A stretch of 64,000 nucleotides of DNA from Thermoanaerobaculia bacterium. GTDB lineage: Bacteria > Acidobacteriota > Thermoanaerobaculia > UBA5066 > Gp7-AA6. Shown here one piece after another: positions 9,003 to 18,115 of this stretch. Both the position numbers and the translations under genes were made by a program. Below the pieces are notes generated by a model. It saw only the letters and a program-made list of their open reading frames with translations, did not search any database and had not been told where the DNA came from. The stretch spans positions 5,764 to 69,763 of the forward strand of contig DASXPB010000054.1 of the NCBI GenBank assembly GCA_036493875.1. The letters are read 5' to 3'. Within the stretch, counting starts at the first letter, position 1, and the number at the start of each line of letters is the position of its first letter.

Positions 9003-9941
9003 TCAGGCGCTCTTCAACCCCTTCCAGTGCTTCAGCCGGGTCGCGATCAACTTCGCGCGTTGCTTGTTGTCGGTCCCATCGAGAATGGTCAGATCCGCCG
9101 GGTCGGCGCGCAGATAGACACCGGATGTACGCGCGTTCAGTGTCGGATCCGTGTCCGCTCGGGTGATCCAGTACCCGGCCGCGCGATCGGCGGACTCCGT
9201 CAGAATCTCTCCCGTCCCGTAAAGCTGTGGAGCGGCCGGGTCCAAGGGGCGCTCCAGCCGGTGATAGTAGAAGACGCCCGAAGGCTCCTTCTTTTCCTTC
9301 ACGGCCTCGCTCCAGTATCTGGCCGACAGCTTGCCATCATCCTGCCAGGCACGGCCGGTCACTTCCAGCGCGCCGTCGCGGCCTCGCGAGACTCTGAGGA
9401 GGCTCACGGCGGAGGGCTCCCGCGCGCTGCGCTCGGTCAGGGAGAACTGCCACCACAGGCCCTCGATGCGGGCGATGTGCCCCTCGTTCTCGATCGCCTT
9501 CCGGAGCTTCTGGTTGACCGCATCCGTCTCCGCCGCGGTTTCCGCGGTCGCCGCGTCGCCGTACCGGATGGACGTCAGTCCGAGGAGATCGGTCGGGAGC
9601 TTCGAGCCGTTGGCGTGGAGGATGAAGGTCCGGCGCATTCCGAGGACTCCGCCGAAGAGGCCGGCTTCGAAGACGACGTTGTCCCGCGGAGAGGCCTGAC
9701 CGGACTCCGGCGAAGGGGTTGAAGGGGAGGTGGCCGCCGTCCAATCGTCCTGGGCGAACACGAACGCGGCGAAGTCGACTTCATGCGCGAGCTCGACCAG
9801 GCGCTCGATCGTCGTCGTCCCGGGATTGAAGGAGGTCGTCCACGGATCGACGTGCGCGACGTCTTCGAGACCGCGCGTCAGCGCCTCCACCAGCTTCGCC
9901 TGCTTTCCCGACGAGCCCAGAAAGATGCGAGGTTTGTCCAT
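9003..9941 (-). CDS. TIR-like domain protein (PF10137/COG4271-type) with an uncharacterised C-terminal domain
   Basis: Internal ATG at 9941 of the 519-aa track ORF, in frame and preceded by GAGGAG. The N-terminus reads RIFLGSSGKQAKLVEAL..DFAAFVFAQDD..SPRDNVVFEAGLFGGVLGMRRTFIL..KLPTDLLGLT, which matches the bacterial TIR-like signature. The longer track ORF overlaps the AraC gene in another frame. Confidence 0.7.
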   Translation of the reverse strand: MDKPRIFLGSSGKQAKLVEALTRGLEDVAHVDPWTTSFNPGTTTIERLVELAHEVDFAAFVFAQDDWTAATSPSTPSPESGQASPRDNVVFEAGLFGGVLGMRRTFILHANGSKLPTDLLGLTSIRYGDAATAETAAETDAVNQKLRKAIENEGHIARIEGLWWQFSLTERSAREPSAVSLLRVSRGRDGALEVTGRAWQDDGKLSARYWSEAVKEKKEPSGVFYYHRLERPLDPAAPQLYGTGEILTESADRAAGYWITRADTDPTLNARTSGVYLRADPADLTILDGTDNKQRAKLIATRLKHWKGLKSA

Positions 9942-9964
9942 CCGCTCCTCTACTCCCCAGCGGG

Positions 9965-10975
9965 TCAGCCCGCTCGGAACTGTCTCGGCGTCGCGCCCAC
10001 GAGTCGTCGAAACGTGCGCGCGAAATGGCTGGGGTTGTCGAAGCCTGCCGACAAGCCGGCCTCGAGGACGGAGTGCTTCGGGTTTCGGAGGGACTTCTTG
10101 GCCCGTTCGATCCGTTGCGACAGAACGTATTGATGGGGAGGGCGCCCCATGCTCCGTCGAAAGAGCTCCGAAAAGTAATGAGGGCTCATTCCAGCGACGC
10201 CGGCAAGATCCGCGAGGCCCAGGTCCCCGGTCAGGTTCTCGCCGATGTAGTCGAGCACCCTCCGAAGACGGCGTCCCGGCATCCCTCCCACGGGCGTTCG
10301 GGGCGGCGCGCGTCGGACGCCGTAGCGACCCACGAGGTACACGGCCAGCGCATTCGCCAGCGACTCGCCGTACAGGCGCCCGGCGGGCGAGCCTTCGGAG
10401 AGATCCGTCCGCATGGCCTGGAGAATGGACGCGATCTGCGGATCGACCAGGGCCCAGTGCTCGACGAGCTCGATGTCGCCGCGGCTCATCGTCTCGTCCG
10501 TCGAGCCTTCCAGGAGATAGGGGCCGATCGCCACGGCCAGCCGGCGGGTCGGACCCTCCCATCGGACCTCATCGACCGTGCCGCGCGGCAGGATGAACGT
10601 CGTTCCCGGGACGGCTTCGAGCCTCTTCAACCGGCCCCGCGTGCTGACCTCGTACATGACGGACCCGGAGAGGACGACGTGCAGGAAGATCTCCGGGTGC
10701 TCATGGCGCTCGATGAGGCAGGCCGGAACCGCATATTCCTCGACGGCAATCTGCCGCCATCGCACACCAGTGCTCGACAGCCTTGGGGTGGCTTCCAGGA
10801 ATCGCGTTCGCCTGCCCTGACGGAGGAGGTGAACCCGGGGAAGAAGAACGCGCTCGGCGGCTCCGGAAGCGTGGGAGACGCTCCCTCCTGACGGGTCACG
10901 AAGATGCGAGAAAGCGGTGGCCAATCCTGCCTCCGCGATTGGGCCCGGGCCTTCGCCCAGGCGAGAACCGATCAT
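9965..10975 (-). CDS. AraC-family transcriptional regulator (cupin-like N-terminal domain plus C-terminal HTH)
   Basis: 336 aa. The C-terminal region [43 protein letters not shown]...[24 protein letters not shown] is a typical AraC double-HTH region. Confidence 0.85.
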   Translation of the reverse strand: MIGSRLGEGPGPIAEAGLATAFSHLRDPSGGSVSHASGAAERVLLPRVHLLRQGRRTRFLEATPRLSSTGVRWRQIAVEEYAVPACLIERHEHPEIFLHVVLSGSVMYEVSTRGRLKRLEAVPGTTFILPRGTVDEVRWEGPTRRLAVAIGPYLLEGSTDETMSRGDIELVEHWALVDPQIASILQAMRTDLSEGSPAGRLYGESLANALAVYLVGRYGVRRAPPRTPVGGMPGRRLRRVLDYIGENLTGDLGLADLAGVAGMSPHYFSELFRRSMGRPPHQYVLSQRIERAKKSLRNPKHSVLEAGLSAGFDNPSHFARTFRRLVGATPRQFRAG

Positions 10976-11079
10976 CAGGAGCCTATCGCAAAGAGAATCG
11001 GAGGATTTGTAAAGTTTCGGTCGATCGGAACGTCTTCGCTCCCGGCCCGCGAATAGCCTCGATGAAGAGAGGAGACCCC

Positions 11080-11976
11080 ATGAGCTTCGTGACGACCAAA
11101 GACGGCACCGAGATCTACTACAAGGACTGGGGCCCCAAGAACGCGCAGCCGATCGTCTTCCATCACGGCTGGCCGTTGAGCGCCGATGACTGGGACACCC
11201 AGATGCTCTACTTTCTCGGGAAGGGGTATCGCGTCGTTGCGCATGACCGGCGCGGCCATGGCCGCTCGAGCCAGGTGAGCGACGGCCACGACATGGACCA
11301 CTACGCTGCGGACACAGCCGCGGTCGTCGAGCACCTGAATCTGCTCGACACCATCCACATCGGGCATTCGACGGGCGGAGGCGAGGCCACGCACTACGTC
11401 GCGCGTCACGGGAAGGGCCGTGTCGCCAGGTTGGTACTCATTGGCGCCGTACCGCCGCTCATGCTGAAGACGGCTTCCAATCCGGGAGGCCTGCCCATCG
11501 AAGTCTTCGACGGTCTCCGGCAGCAGCTCGCCGCCAACCGGGCGCAGTTCTACGTGGAGTTCGCGAGCGGTCCCTTCTACAGCTACAACCGGCCGGGAGC
11601 GAAGCCGTTGCAGAGCGTCATCGACAACTGGTTCCGTCAAGGAATGATGGGCGGCGCGAAGGCGCACTACGACGGCATCAAGGCCTTCTCGGAGACGGAC
11701 TTCACCGAGGACCTGAAGAACATCGACGTGCCGACCCTCGTCATGCACGGCGAAGACGACCAGATCGTTCCGGTCGCGGATTCCGCGCCGCTCTCCTCGA
11801 AACTCCTGAAGAAGGCGACTCTCAAGGTTTACAAGGGGTACCCGCACGGCATGGCGACGACGCACGCCGACGAGATCAATCCCGAGCTTCTCGCCTTCAT
11901 CGAGGAAGGTAAGGCGGCGCGGGCGACGACTCGGCCGAGGAGCAGCGGTCCGAGCCCGGCTCCTCCGGCGAGCTGA
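11080..11976 (+). CDS. alpha/beta hydrolase, non-haem haloperoxidase/arylesterase-like (tandem copy 1)
   Basis: ATG 11080 follows GAAGAGAGGAGA. Motifs: HHGWPLS, the nucleophile elbow GHSTGGGE, and HGEDDQIVP. 298 aa. The upstream part of track ORF 10783.. has no support. Confidence 0.85.
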   Translation: MSFVTTKDGTEIYYKDWGPKNAQPIVFHHGWPLSADDWDTQMLYFLGKGYRVVAHDRRGHGRSSQVSDGHDMDHYAADTAAVVEHLNLLDTIHIGHSTGGGEATHYVARHGKGRVARLVLIGAVPPLMLKTASNPGGLPIEVFDGLRQQLAANRAQFYVEFASGPFYSYNRPGAKPLQSVIDNWFRQGMMGGAKAHYDGIKAFSETDFTEDLKNIDVPTLVMHGEDDQIVPVADSAPLSSKLLKKATLKVYKGYPHGMATTHADEINPELLAFIEEGKAARATTRPRSSGPSPAPPAS

Positions 11977-12031
11977 GTCAGGCGTCGACACGGAACCTGA
12001 ACGTCAAACAACCGAAAGTGGAGGAGAGCCC

Positions 12032-12928
12032 ATGAGCTTCGTCACGACCAAAGACGGCACCGAGATCTACTACAAGGACTGGGGCCCCAAGAACGCGCAG
12101 CCAATCGTCTTCCATCACGGCTGGCCGTTGAGCGCCGACGACTGGGACACCCAGATGCTCTACTTTCTCGGGAAGGGGTATCGGGTCGTCGCGCATGACC
12201 GGCGCGGCCATGGCCGCTCGAGCCAGGTGAGCGACGGCCATGACATGGACCACTACGCTTCAGACGCCGCGGCGGTCGTCGAGCACCTGGATCTGCGCGA
12301 CACCATCAATATCAGCCATTCGACGGGCGGAGGCGAGGCCACGCACTACGTCGCACGCCACGGCAAGGGTCGCGTCGCCAGGCTGGTGCTGATGTCCGCC
12401 GTGCCGCCGCTGATGCTGAAGACCGCCGCCAATCCGGGCGGCATACCCATCGAGGTCTGGGACGGACTCCGGCAAGGGCTCGCCGCCAACCGTGTGGAGT
12501 TCTACCAGCAATTCGCGAGCGGTCCCTTCTACGGCTACAACCGGCCGGGCGCGAAGGTGTTGCAGAGCGTGGTCGACAACTGGATGCGCCAGGCCTTGAT
12601 GGGCAGCGCGAAGGCCCAGTACGACTGCATCAAGGCCCTCTCGGAGACCGACTTCACCGAGGACCTGAAGATCATCGATGTGCCGACCCTCGTCATGCAC
12701 GGCGATGACGACCAGGTCGTCCCGATTGCGGATTCCGCCCTGCTCTCCTCGAAGCTGCTCAAGAAGGGCACTCTCAAGGTGTACAAGGGATACCCGCATG
12801 GCATGCCGACGACCCACGCCGACGTGCTCAATCCCGAGATCCTCGCCTTCATAGAGGAAGGTAAGGAGGCGCGGCCTGCGGCTCGGCCTCGGAGCGGAGG
12901 ACCCAGCCCGGCTCCGCCGGCCAGCTGA
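12032..12928 (+). CDS. alpha/beta hydrolase, non-haem haloperoxidase/arylesterase-like (tandem copy 2)
   Basis: 298-aa paralogue of 11080..11976. The first ~76 residues are identical, and both share the Pro-rich tail [13 protein letters not shown]. Confidence 0.85.
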   Translation: MSFVTTKDGTEIYYKDWGPKNAQPIVFHHGWPLSADDWDTQMLYFLGKGYRVVAHDRRGHGRSSQVSDGHDMDHYASDAAAVVEHLDLRDTINISHSTGGGEATHYVARHGKGRVARLVLMSAVPPLMLKTAANPGGIPIEVWDGLRQGLAANRVEFYQQFASGPFYGYNRPGAKVLQSVVDNWMRQALMGSAKAQYDCIKALSETDFTEDLKIIDVPTLVMHGDDDQVVPIADSALLSSKLLKKGTLKVYKGYPHGMPTTHADVLNPEILAFIEEGKEARPAARPRSGGPSPAPPAS

Positions 12929-12954
12929 GGCGCGCAGTCCGTTTCGGCTGATTT

Positions 12955-12981
12955 CAGCGGCGGCGGCGTCCGCCGCCGCTG
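12955..12981. terminator. GC hairpin between convergent genes (possible bidirectional terminator)
   Basis: cagcggcggcgg (12955-12966) pairs perfectly with ccgccgccgctg (12970-12981) around a 3-nt loop. It lies between the stop at 12928 (+) and the stop at 13019 (-). There is no clear U-tract. Confidence 0.35.
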
Positions 12982-13018
12982 CCTTCGGCCCATCGCTTGC
13001 GGGGCCGGCGCCATCGCC

Positions 13019-13222
13019 TCAGTCCTTCAGTACGAAGGTCACCTTGAGGGTCACGCGATACTCCGTGATCTTGCCGTTCATGACGATGGCCTTCTGAGAC
13101 TTCACCCACGCCGCCCGGACGTTCTGCAGCTTCTTGTTGGCCCGCTTGATGCCCGCGTCGACGGCATCGTCGAAGCTCTTCGAAGACGAGGCGATGATTT
13201 CGGTGACCTTTGCGATGGACAT
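13019..13222 (-). CDS. dodecin-family flavin-binding protein
   Basis: 67 aa. MSIAKVTEIIASSSKSFDDAVDAGIKRANKKLQNVRAAWVKSQKAIVMNGKITEYRVTLKVTFVLKD matches the dodecin pattern. GGAGGAGC lies upstream of the ATG. Confidence 0.8.
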   Translation of the reverse strand: MSIAKVTEIIASSSKSFDDAVDAGIKRANKKLQNVRAAWVKSQKAIVMNGKITEYRVTLKVTFVLKD

Positions 13223-13312
13223 AGCTCCTCCTGCCCCGGCGAGGACCGGGACGGTCCAGTGATATCACGGGCAGAATCGCTTCCGAGTCGTGAGTCTGCG
13301 CGGACTCCTTCG

Positions 13313-14344
13313 TCAGCGGCTGAAGCGTGCGGCGGGCAGTCCGAGCCACTCGAGCGCCGTGCCGTGGAGCAGCCGTGCGCGCGTCTCGTCGGGGAATCCA
13401 CAAGACTCGATCAGCTCTCCCGGGCGAGCCTCGCCGAGCGGGAAGGGATAGTCGCTACCGAGGGCGATCCGATCCGGACCCATCAGGTCGACGAGGTACT
13501 GAAGCATCCGCGGGTCGTGCACGAGCGAGTCGAGCGTGATCCGCCCCAGATACTCGCGCGGGGAAACGTCGTTGACGACGGCGCAGAGATCGGGCCGCAC
13601 GTCGAAACCGTGGGCGATGCGACCGATCGTCGCCGGAAACGCGCCGCCGCCGTGCGCGAAGGCGATCCGGAGCGCCGGCAGCCTCTCGAGCACCCCGCCG
13701 AAGATGAGCGAGCAGATCGCGAGCGAAGTCTCGGCGGGCATCCCGACGAGCCAGAGGAGCCAGTAGCGCGTCATCCGATCGCGGCCGGCCATCTCCCAGG
13801 GATGGACGAAGACGGCGGCGGAGAGCGACGCGGCCGCCTCGAAGATCGGGAAGAGCTCCGGGCTGTCGAGATTCGCCCCGTTGACGTTGGTGCCGATCTC
13901 GATCCCCGCGAGGCCCAGCTCACGCACGCAGCGCTCGAGCTCGCGGATCGCGAGGTCGGGCGCCTGCATCGGAATCGTTCCGAGGCCGACGAAGCGCCTG
14001 GGATGTCCCGCGACGACGCCGGCGATGTGGTCGTTCAGGTGCCGCGCGAGCTCGAGCGCCGGGGCCGGATCCGCCCAGTAGCTGAACATGACCGGCACCG
14101 TCGAGAGGACCTGCACGCCGACGCCCGCCGCGTCGCACTCCGCGAGCCGCGCGTCGACGCTCCAGCTGTTGCTCTCGATCTCGCGGAACAGGGAGCCGCC
14201 GATCGTCATCCGCGCGCGGCCGCCCTCCTGGTGCTCGATCTGGACGAATCGTTCGGCGCCCGGCGCGTTTCGAAAGTCGGGCAGCCTCTCGGGAAGGATG
14301 TGGGTGTGGACGTCGATCTTCAGCAAGTCAGGCGCGATTTGCAC
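13313..14344 (-). CDS. nbaD: 2-amino-3-carboxymuconate-6-semialdehyde decarboxylase (ACMSD, amidohydrolase superfamily)
   Basis: Motifs: [72 protein letters not shown]. These align closely with ACMSD. The start is GTG 14344 or TTG 14326. Confidence 0.85.
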   Translation of the reverse strand: MQIAPDLLKIDVHTHILPERLPDFRNAPGAERFVQIEHQEGGRARMTIGGSLFREIESNSWSVDARLAECDAAGVGVQVLSTVPVMFSYWADPAPALELARHLNDHIAGVVAGHPRRFVGLGTIPMQAPDLAIRELERCVRELGLAGIEIGTNVNGANLDSPELFPIFEAAASLSAAVFVHPWEMAGRDRMTRYWLLWLVGMPAETSLAICSLIFGGVLERLPALRIAFAHGGGAFPATIGRIAHGFDVRPDLCAVVNDVSPREYLGRITLDSLVHDPRMLQYLVDLMGPDRIALGSDYPFPLGEARPGELIESCGFPDETRARLLHGTALEWLGLPAARFSR

Positions 14345-14855
14345 GAGCGGGCGCGGGCATCACCGTGCCGCACTTCTTACAGGTGCGCTTCTTCTCGTCA
14401 GCGAAGAATCGGTCGAAGATCGGAGGGAAATCCTTCTCGACGTTGTGGAGCGTGAAGTACTCCTCGTACAGCAGATTCGTGCAGTGATCGCAGTACCACT
14501 GGAGCCCGTCCTTCTCGTGCGGGAGCCGCTTGCGCTCGATGACGAGACCGACCGAGTTGGGCATTCGCTGGGGCGAGTGTGGGACGCGCGGCGGATGAAG
14601 GTAGATCTCACCGGCGCGGATCGGGACGTCCACGACTCTCCCGTTCTGGATCGTCTTGAGGACCATCTCGCCTTCGAGCTGGTAGAAGAACTCGGGCCCC
14701 TCGTCGATGTGGTAATCCTTGCGGCTGTTCGGTCCGCCGACGACCATCACGATGAAGTCGTCTTCCTCGAAGACCTGCTTGTTGCCGACCGGCGGCTTCA
14801 GAAGGCTCCGGTGCTCGTCGATCCACTTCTGGAAATTCAGCGCCTTCGATTCCAT
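14328..14855 (-). CDS. nbaC: 3-hydroxyanthranilate 3,4-dioxygenase
   Basis: 175 aa. Cupin motifs [21 protein letters not shown] and [10 protein letters not shown], plus a C-terminal Cys pair set (WYCDHC...CKKCG). Confidence 0.9.
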   Translation of the reverse strand: MESKALNFQKWIDEHRSLLKPPVGNKQVFEEDDFIVMVVGGPNSRKDYHIDEGPEFFYQLEGEMVLKTIQNGRVVDVPIRAGEIYLHPPRVPHSPQRMPNSVGLVIERKRLPHEKDGLQWYCDHCTNLLYEEYFTLHNVEKDFPPIFDRFFADEKKRTCKKCGTVMPAPARANRA

Positions 14856-14877
14856 GGCTCGCGGCTAGTATATCGGC

Positions 14878-15276
14878 GTGAATCCGCCCTCGAAGAAGCC
14901 GGCGTCGTCCACCGTTTCCTCCCGTGCGCCGCGGCCCCTCGGTCCGTATCCGCACGCTCGCCGGCTCGGTAGCCTGGTCTTCCTCTCCGGCATCGGGCCG
15001 CGGCATCCGAAGACCGAGGAGATTCCGGAGGGCATCGAGGCCCAGACGCGCGCGTGCATCGAGAACGTCCGGGTGATTCTCGAGGACGCCGGGAGCTCGC
15101 TCGAGAAGGTGGTCGACGTGACGGTCTTCCTGACGGACATCGACCGCGACTTCGCCGCATTCAACCGGGTCTACGGCGAGTACTTCGAGGGAATCCGGCC
15201 GACGCGAACGACCGTCGGCGTCGTCGCGCTGCCGGTTCCGATCTCGGTCGAGCTGAAGGTCATCGCCGAGAGTTGA
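14878..15276 (+). CDS. RidA/YjgF-family protein (candidate 2-aminomuconate deaminase)
   Basis: 132 aa with a GTG start. Motifs: PLGPYPHARRLGSLVFLSGIG, VDVTVFLTDIDRDFAAFNRVY, RPTRTTVGVVALP. The role is inferred from pathway context only. Confidence 0.75.
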   Translation: MNPPSKKPASSTVSSRAPRPLGPYPHARRLGSLVFLSGIGPRHPKTEEIPEGIEAQTRACIENVRVILEDAGSSLEKVVDVTVFLTDIDRDFAAFNRVYGEYFEGIRPTRTTVGVVALPVPISVELKVIAES

Positions 15277-16376
15277 ATCGGAATCCCGCTCTCAGTCTTC
15301 CGCAGCTTCGCCGCTACGCGATTGCGCGAAGTCTCTTCAAGCCCACCAGCCTGTCGCGGGCCATCGAGCGCCTCGGCTTCGTCCAGGCCGACCCGGTGCG
15401 CGCGCCGGCTCGTGCGCAGGATCTGATCCTCGGGCACCGCGTCGAGGGCTATCGCGCGGGCGAGCTGGAGCGCCGCTACCCGCGCCTGGCGATCGAAGAA
15501 GACTTCTTCGTCAACTACGGCTTCCTGCCCCGCGAGACCCTGGCCCTGCTGCATCCGCGCGGGAGGCCGATCCCCTGGCGGGCCTGGGATCCCGAGATGG
15601 AGGCGCGCTCTCGGACGGTGCTGGCTTTCGTGCGCCGGCATGGACGCACGGGCTCCAGGGATCTGCAGGCGCATTTCGACCATGGACGCATCCAGCGCTG
15701 GGGCGGCGACCTGAACGTCGCCACCCATCTGCTGGAGGGCCTGCACTATCGCGGGCTGCTACGCGTGGTGCGCCGCGAGTCCGGCATCCGCGTCTACGAG
15801 GCGATCGAGCACCCGCCGCGGGACGGCGGCCCCGGAGTCCGGCGCGCGCGCGCCGGGCGGTTGCTGGACATGGCGGTACGGCTCTACGCGCCGCTGCCTG
15901 CGGCGAGTCTGGGATATCTCGGCGCACTCCTGCGCTCCGGAGTGCCGCACCTGGCCGCCGAAGTGCGGCAGGTCCAGGAGAGCGCCGGCTCGCGCTATCC
16001 CCATGCCCGGGTCGATGGCCTGCTGTGGTTCTGGCCGGAGGGCGAGAAGCCCGAGGCGGCGCGGCATCGGGTCGACGACAGGCTCCGCTTGTTCACACCC
16101 TTCGACCCGGTGGTCTGGGACCGCCGGCGCTTCCAGCTGTTCTGGGGCTGGGAATACAAGTTCGAGGCTTATCTGCCGGCCCACAAGCGCCGCATGGGCT
16201 ACTACGCGATGCCCATGCTCTGGGGCGAACGAATGCTGGGGTGGGCCAACCTGAAGGTGGCCGATGGACGGCTCCGGCACGAGCTCGGGTTCGCGGGCGA
16301 GCGGCCGCGCGGCCGCGCGTTTCAGCGCGCGCTGGACGAGGCGCTGCAGCGGATGCAGGAGTTCCTGGGTCTCTAG
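15273..16376 (+). CDS. YcaQ/AlkZ-family winged-helix DNA glycosylase-like protein (DUF1006)
   Basis: TTG 15273 overlaps the RidA stop (TTGA). The N-terminal LGFVQADPV carries a Q-x-D motif as in YcaQ. The C-terminal region reads YLPAHKRRMGYYAMPMLWGERMLGWANLK. The upstream part of track ORF 15054.. overlaps the RidA gene. Confidence 0.7.
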   Translation: MNRNPALSLPQLRRYAIARSLFKPTSLSRAIERLGFVQADPVRAPARAQDLILGHRVEGYRAGELERRYPRLAIEEDFFVNYGFLPRETLALLHPRGRPIPWRAWDPEMEARSRTVLAFVRRHGRTGSRDLQAHFDHGRIQRWGGDLNVATHLLEGLHYRGLLRVVRRESGIRVYEAIEHPPRDGGPGVRRARAGRLLDMAVRLYAPLPAASLGYLGALLRSGVPHLAAEVRQVQESAGSRYPHARVDGLLWFWPEGEKPEAARHRVDDRLRLFTPFDPVVWDRRRFQLFWGWEYKFEAYLPAHKRRMGYYAMPMLWGERMLGWANLKVADGRLRHELGFAGERPRGRAFQRALDEALQRMQEFLGL

Positions 16377-16392
16377 AGTTCCGGCGGCAGGA

Positions 16393-17499
16393 TCATTGTG
16401 GGCTCTGGAACCGGAACCCCATCCGGCTCCTCACCTCGGCCGGGAGCCTGGGAAGCGCCGAGCGGGGAATGAAGAAGCTCGCCAGCGCCGAGAGGTCCGC
16501 GAAGACCCGGTGACGCTCGGCCGCGCGGTCGAGATACTGGTGTCCCGAGGTGCCACCGGTGCCGATCCGGGTGCCGATCATCCGCATCGCCATCTGGGCG
16601 TGGCGCTGGCGCCAGGTCGTGAAGTTCCGCTCGATGTCCGCCAGGAGCGCGAGCAGCCGGAAGGGGAGGTGCAGGATCGGCTCGTCCCGATAGAGATGGA
16701 TGAGGAGCGCCGCCTGCAGCGCTCGGCGGGAGAAGTGGCGCCCGGGCGCCGTTTCGGGCTTTGCGGCGTCCTTAGCGTCCGCAAAGAGGTCCGCGAACCG
16801 GCCGGCCGTTGCCTCGACTCCCGAGAGCTGCGTCGTCTTCTCGGTTTCGGTCAGCGTGGGGTTGCTCCGGATCGAGGCGCGGTCGGCATCGAGCATGGCG
16901 TCCACCGCCCGCCGGTACTCCCGCCAGAAGTCGAAGTCGCCGAAGTGGAGGAAGGGCGTCCGTTCGAGCCAGCCCTGGATCAGGTCGAAGAGCGAGGGCT
17001 CACGCTCCGACGCCTCGGCGCGCGCGGCGTCCTCCTTCGTGAAGCGCGAAGTGTAGGGCGCGTCGTTGACCTGCAGCCGGTCCCCGCGCCGCATCCCGAG
17101 CTTGTTCTCGACCAGCCGGAACTGGACGCTCTGGAAGCCCGAGGCCGGGAACAGCGCGTCCCGGAAGTCGAGGAAGTCGAGCGGCGTCATGGTCTCCAGG
17201 ACGTCGACCTGCTGGATGAGGACGCGCTGGATCTCGACGATGCGCCCGAGCCGCAGGACGGCCTGCCCGAGGTCCTCCTCCGGGACCGGCGAGGTGCGAA
17301 ACGTGGCGAGCACCGCGTCGAGCTCCCAGATCACCTGCTTGAACCACAGCTCGTACGCCTGGTGGACGATGATGAAGAGCATCTCGTCGTGCGCCGGCTT
17401 CCCGTTCAGCGCGCTCTGCATCCGCTGGCAGGAGAGCAGCCGGTCGAGCTGGAGGTAGTCGGCGTAATAGAGGGGACCGCGAGGCTTTTCGTTTTCCAT
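16393..17499 (-). CDS. kynA: tryptophan 2,3-dioxygenase
   Basis: Motifs: YADYLQLDRLLSCQ, HDEMLFIIVHQAYELWFKQVIWE, SGFQSVQFRLVE, GTGGTSGHQYL. I prefer ATG 17499. The alternative ATG 17559 lies inside a repeat element. Confidence 0.88.
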   Translation of the reverse strand: MENEKPRGPLYYADYLQLDRLLSCQRMQSALNGKPAHDEMLFIIVHQAYELWFKQVIWELDAVLATFRTSPVPEEDLGQAVLRLGRIVEIQRVLIQQVDVLETMTPLDFLDFRDALFPASGFQSVQFRLVENKLGMRRGDRLQVNDAPYTSRFTKEDAARAEASEREPSLFDLIQGWLERTPFLHFGDFDFWREYRRAVDAMLDADRASIRSNPTLTETEKTTQLSGVEATAGRFADLFADAKDAAKPETAPGRHFSRRALQAALLIHLYRDEPILHLPFRLLALLADIERNFTTWRQRHAQMAMRMIGTRIGTGGTSGHQYLDRAAERHRVFADLSALASFFIPRSALPRLPAEVRSRMGFRFQSPQ

Positions 17500-17554
17500 T
17501 GAGCGTGCTTCGTACCATGAGGACCGAGACGATTCAAAGCGTCGAGATTGAGCT

Positions 17555-17659
17555 GTCATCCCGAGCGATAGCGAGGGATCCGTCGTCGGCAGGCTCTGAG
17601 CCGCGGCATCCGTCGGCTCGACGAGTCCGGGATCCCGTCGCTCTGCTCCCCGGGATGAC
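17555..17659. repeat. palindromic intergenic repeat, family 1 (GTCATCCCGAG...GGGATCC // GGATCCC...GGGATGAC)
   Basis: The left arm gtcatcccgagcgatagcgagggatcc and the right arm ggatcccgtcgctctgctccccgggatgac are inverted. Related copies lie at 31926-32018, 35593-35696 and 41752-41917. Confidence 0.75.
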
Positions 17660-17692
17660 GGGCTAACGGGCGGCTTTTCGAGACGCGGCGGC

Positions 17693-18115
17693 CTATTTGG
17701 GAATCTCGCTCAACTTCGCCTGCTGGGCCGGCGTCAGGACGTTCTTGATCCGCACGAGGAGCGAGATCTGCGTCTTCTTGATGTCCTTCTCGAGCGCGAG
17801 GATCCGATCCACCTCGGCGAGCACGCCGGCCTCGTCGACCGGCTTCTGCTGGAGGAGCCGGATCATCTTCTCCGACTCGCCCTGCAGCTCGAACTGCAGG
17901 TCCACGAACTTGCCCTGGGCCTTCTGGACCTCGTTCTTGATCGAGGTCTTCTGCGCCTCGTCGAGGCCGAGCTCCATGGCGTGTCCCATGACGCGGTCGG
18001 GCGGGTAGAGATAGCGGGCGAACGGGTCGTCCGGCGGGGTGCTGGCGCTGTCGGCCAGAGCGAGAAACGAGAGCAACAGGATCACGAGGGTTCCGGAAAG
18101 CGTCTTCGTCTTCAT
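17693..18115 (-). CDS. periplasmic Spy/CpxP-like (LTxxQ-motif) protein
   Basis: 140 aa. Signal peptide MKTKTLSGTLVILLLSFLALA, a helical charged body, and the motif LTPAQQAKL. Its ATG overlaps the upstream stop (ATGA). Confidence 0.7.
   Translation of the reverse strand: MKTKTLSGTLVILLLSFLALADSASTPPDDPFARYLYPPDRVMGHAMELGLDEAQKTSIKNEVQKAQGKFVDLQFELQGESEKMIRLLQQKPVDEAGVLAEVDRILALEKDIKKTQISLLVRIKNVLTPAQQAKLSEIPK

Noticed and set aside
9942-10562. N-terminal 207 residues of the 519-aa track ORF 9003..10562
   Set aside because: This part overlaps the well-supported AraC gene on the same strand in another frame. It is Arg/Pro/Gly-rich, as expected for out-of-frame GC-rich DNA. A strong Shine-Dalgarno site and family-typical N-terminus occur at ATG 9941.
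10783-11079. N-terminal extension of the first hydrolase ORF (track start 10783)
   Set aside because: The extension overlaps the AraC gene start region and has no hydrolase similarity. The paralogue at 12032 starts exactly at the equivalent MSFVTTK, and a good ribosome-binding site precedes 11080.
11080-12928. The tandem alpha/beta hydrolases as the missing kynurenine formamidase
   Set aside because: They carry the HGWPLS/GHSTGG haloperoxidase-arylesterase signature. They have neither the cyclase-type KynB pattern nor the HGGxW AFMID-type pattern. The idea is kept only as something an enzyme assay could test.
15273-16376. The YcaQ/AlkZ-like glycosylase as a self-resistance gene of a kynurenine-derived genotoxin cluster
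   Set aside because: The catalytic motif reads Q-A-D (YcaQ housekeeping type), not Q-x-Q. The window has no NRPS/PKS or tailoring genes. The presence of ACMSD and the dioxygenase points to catabolism.
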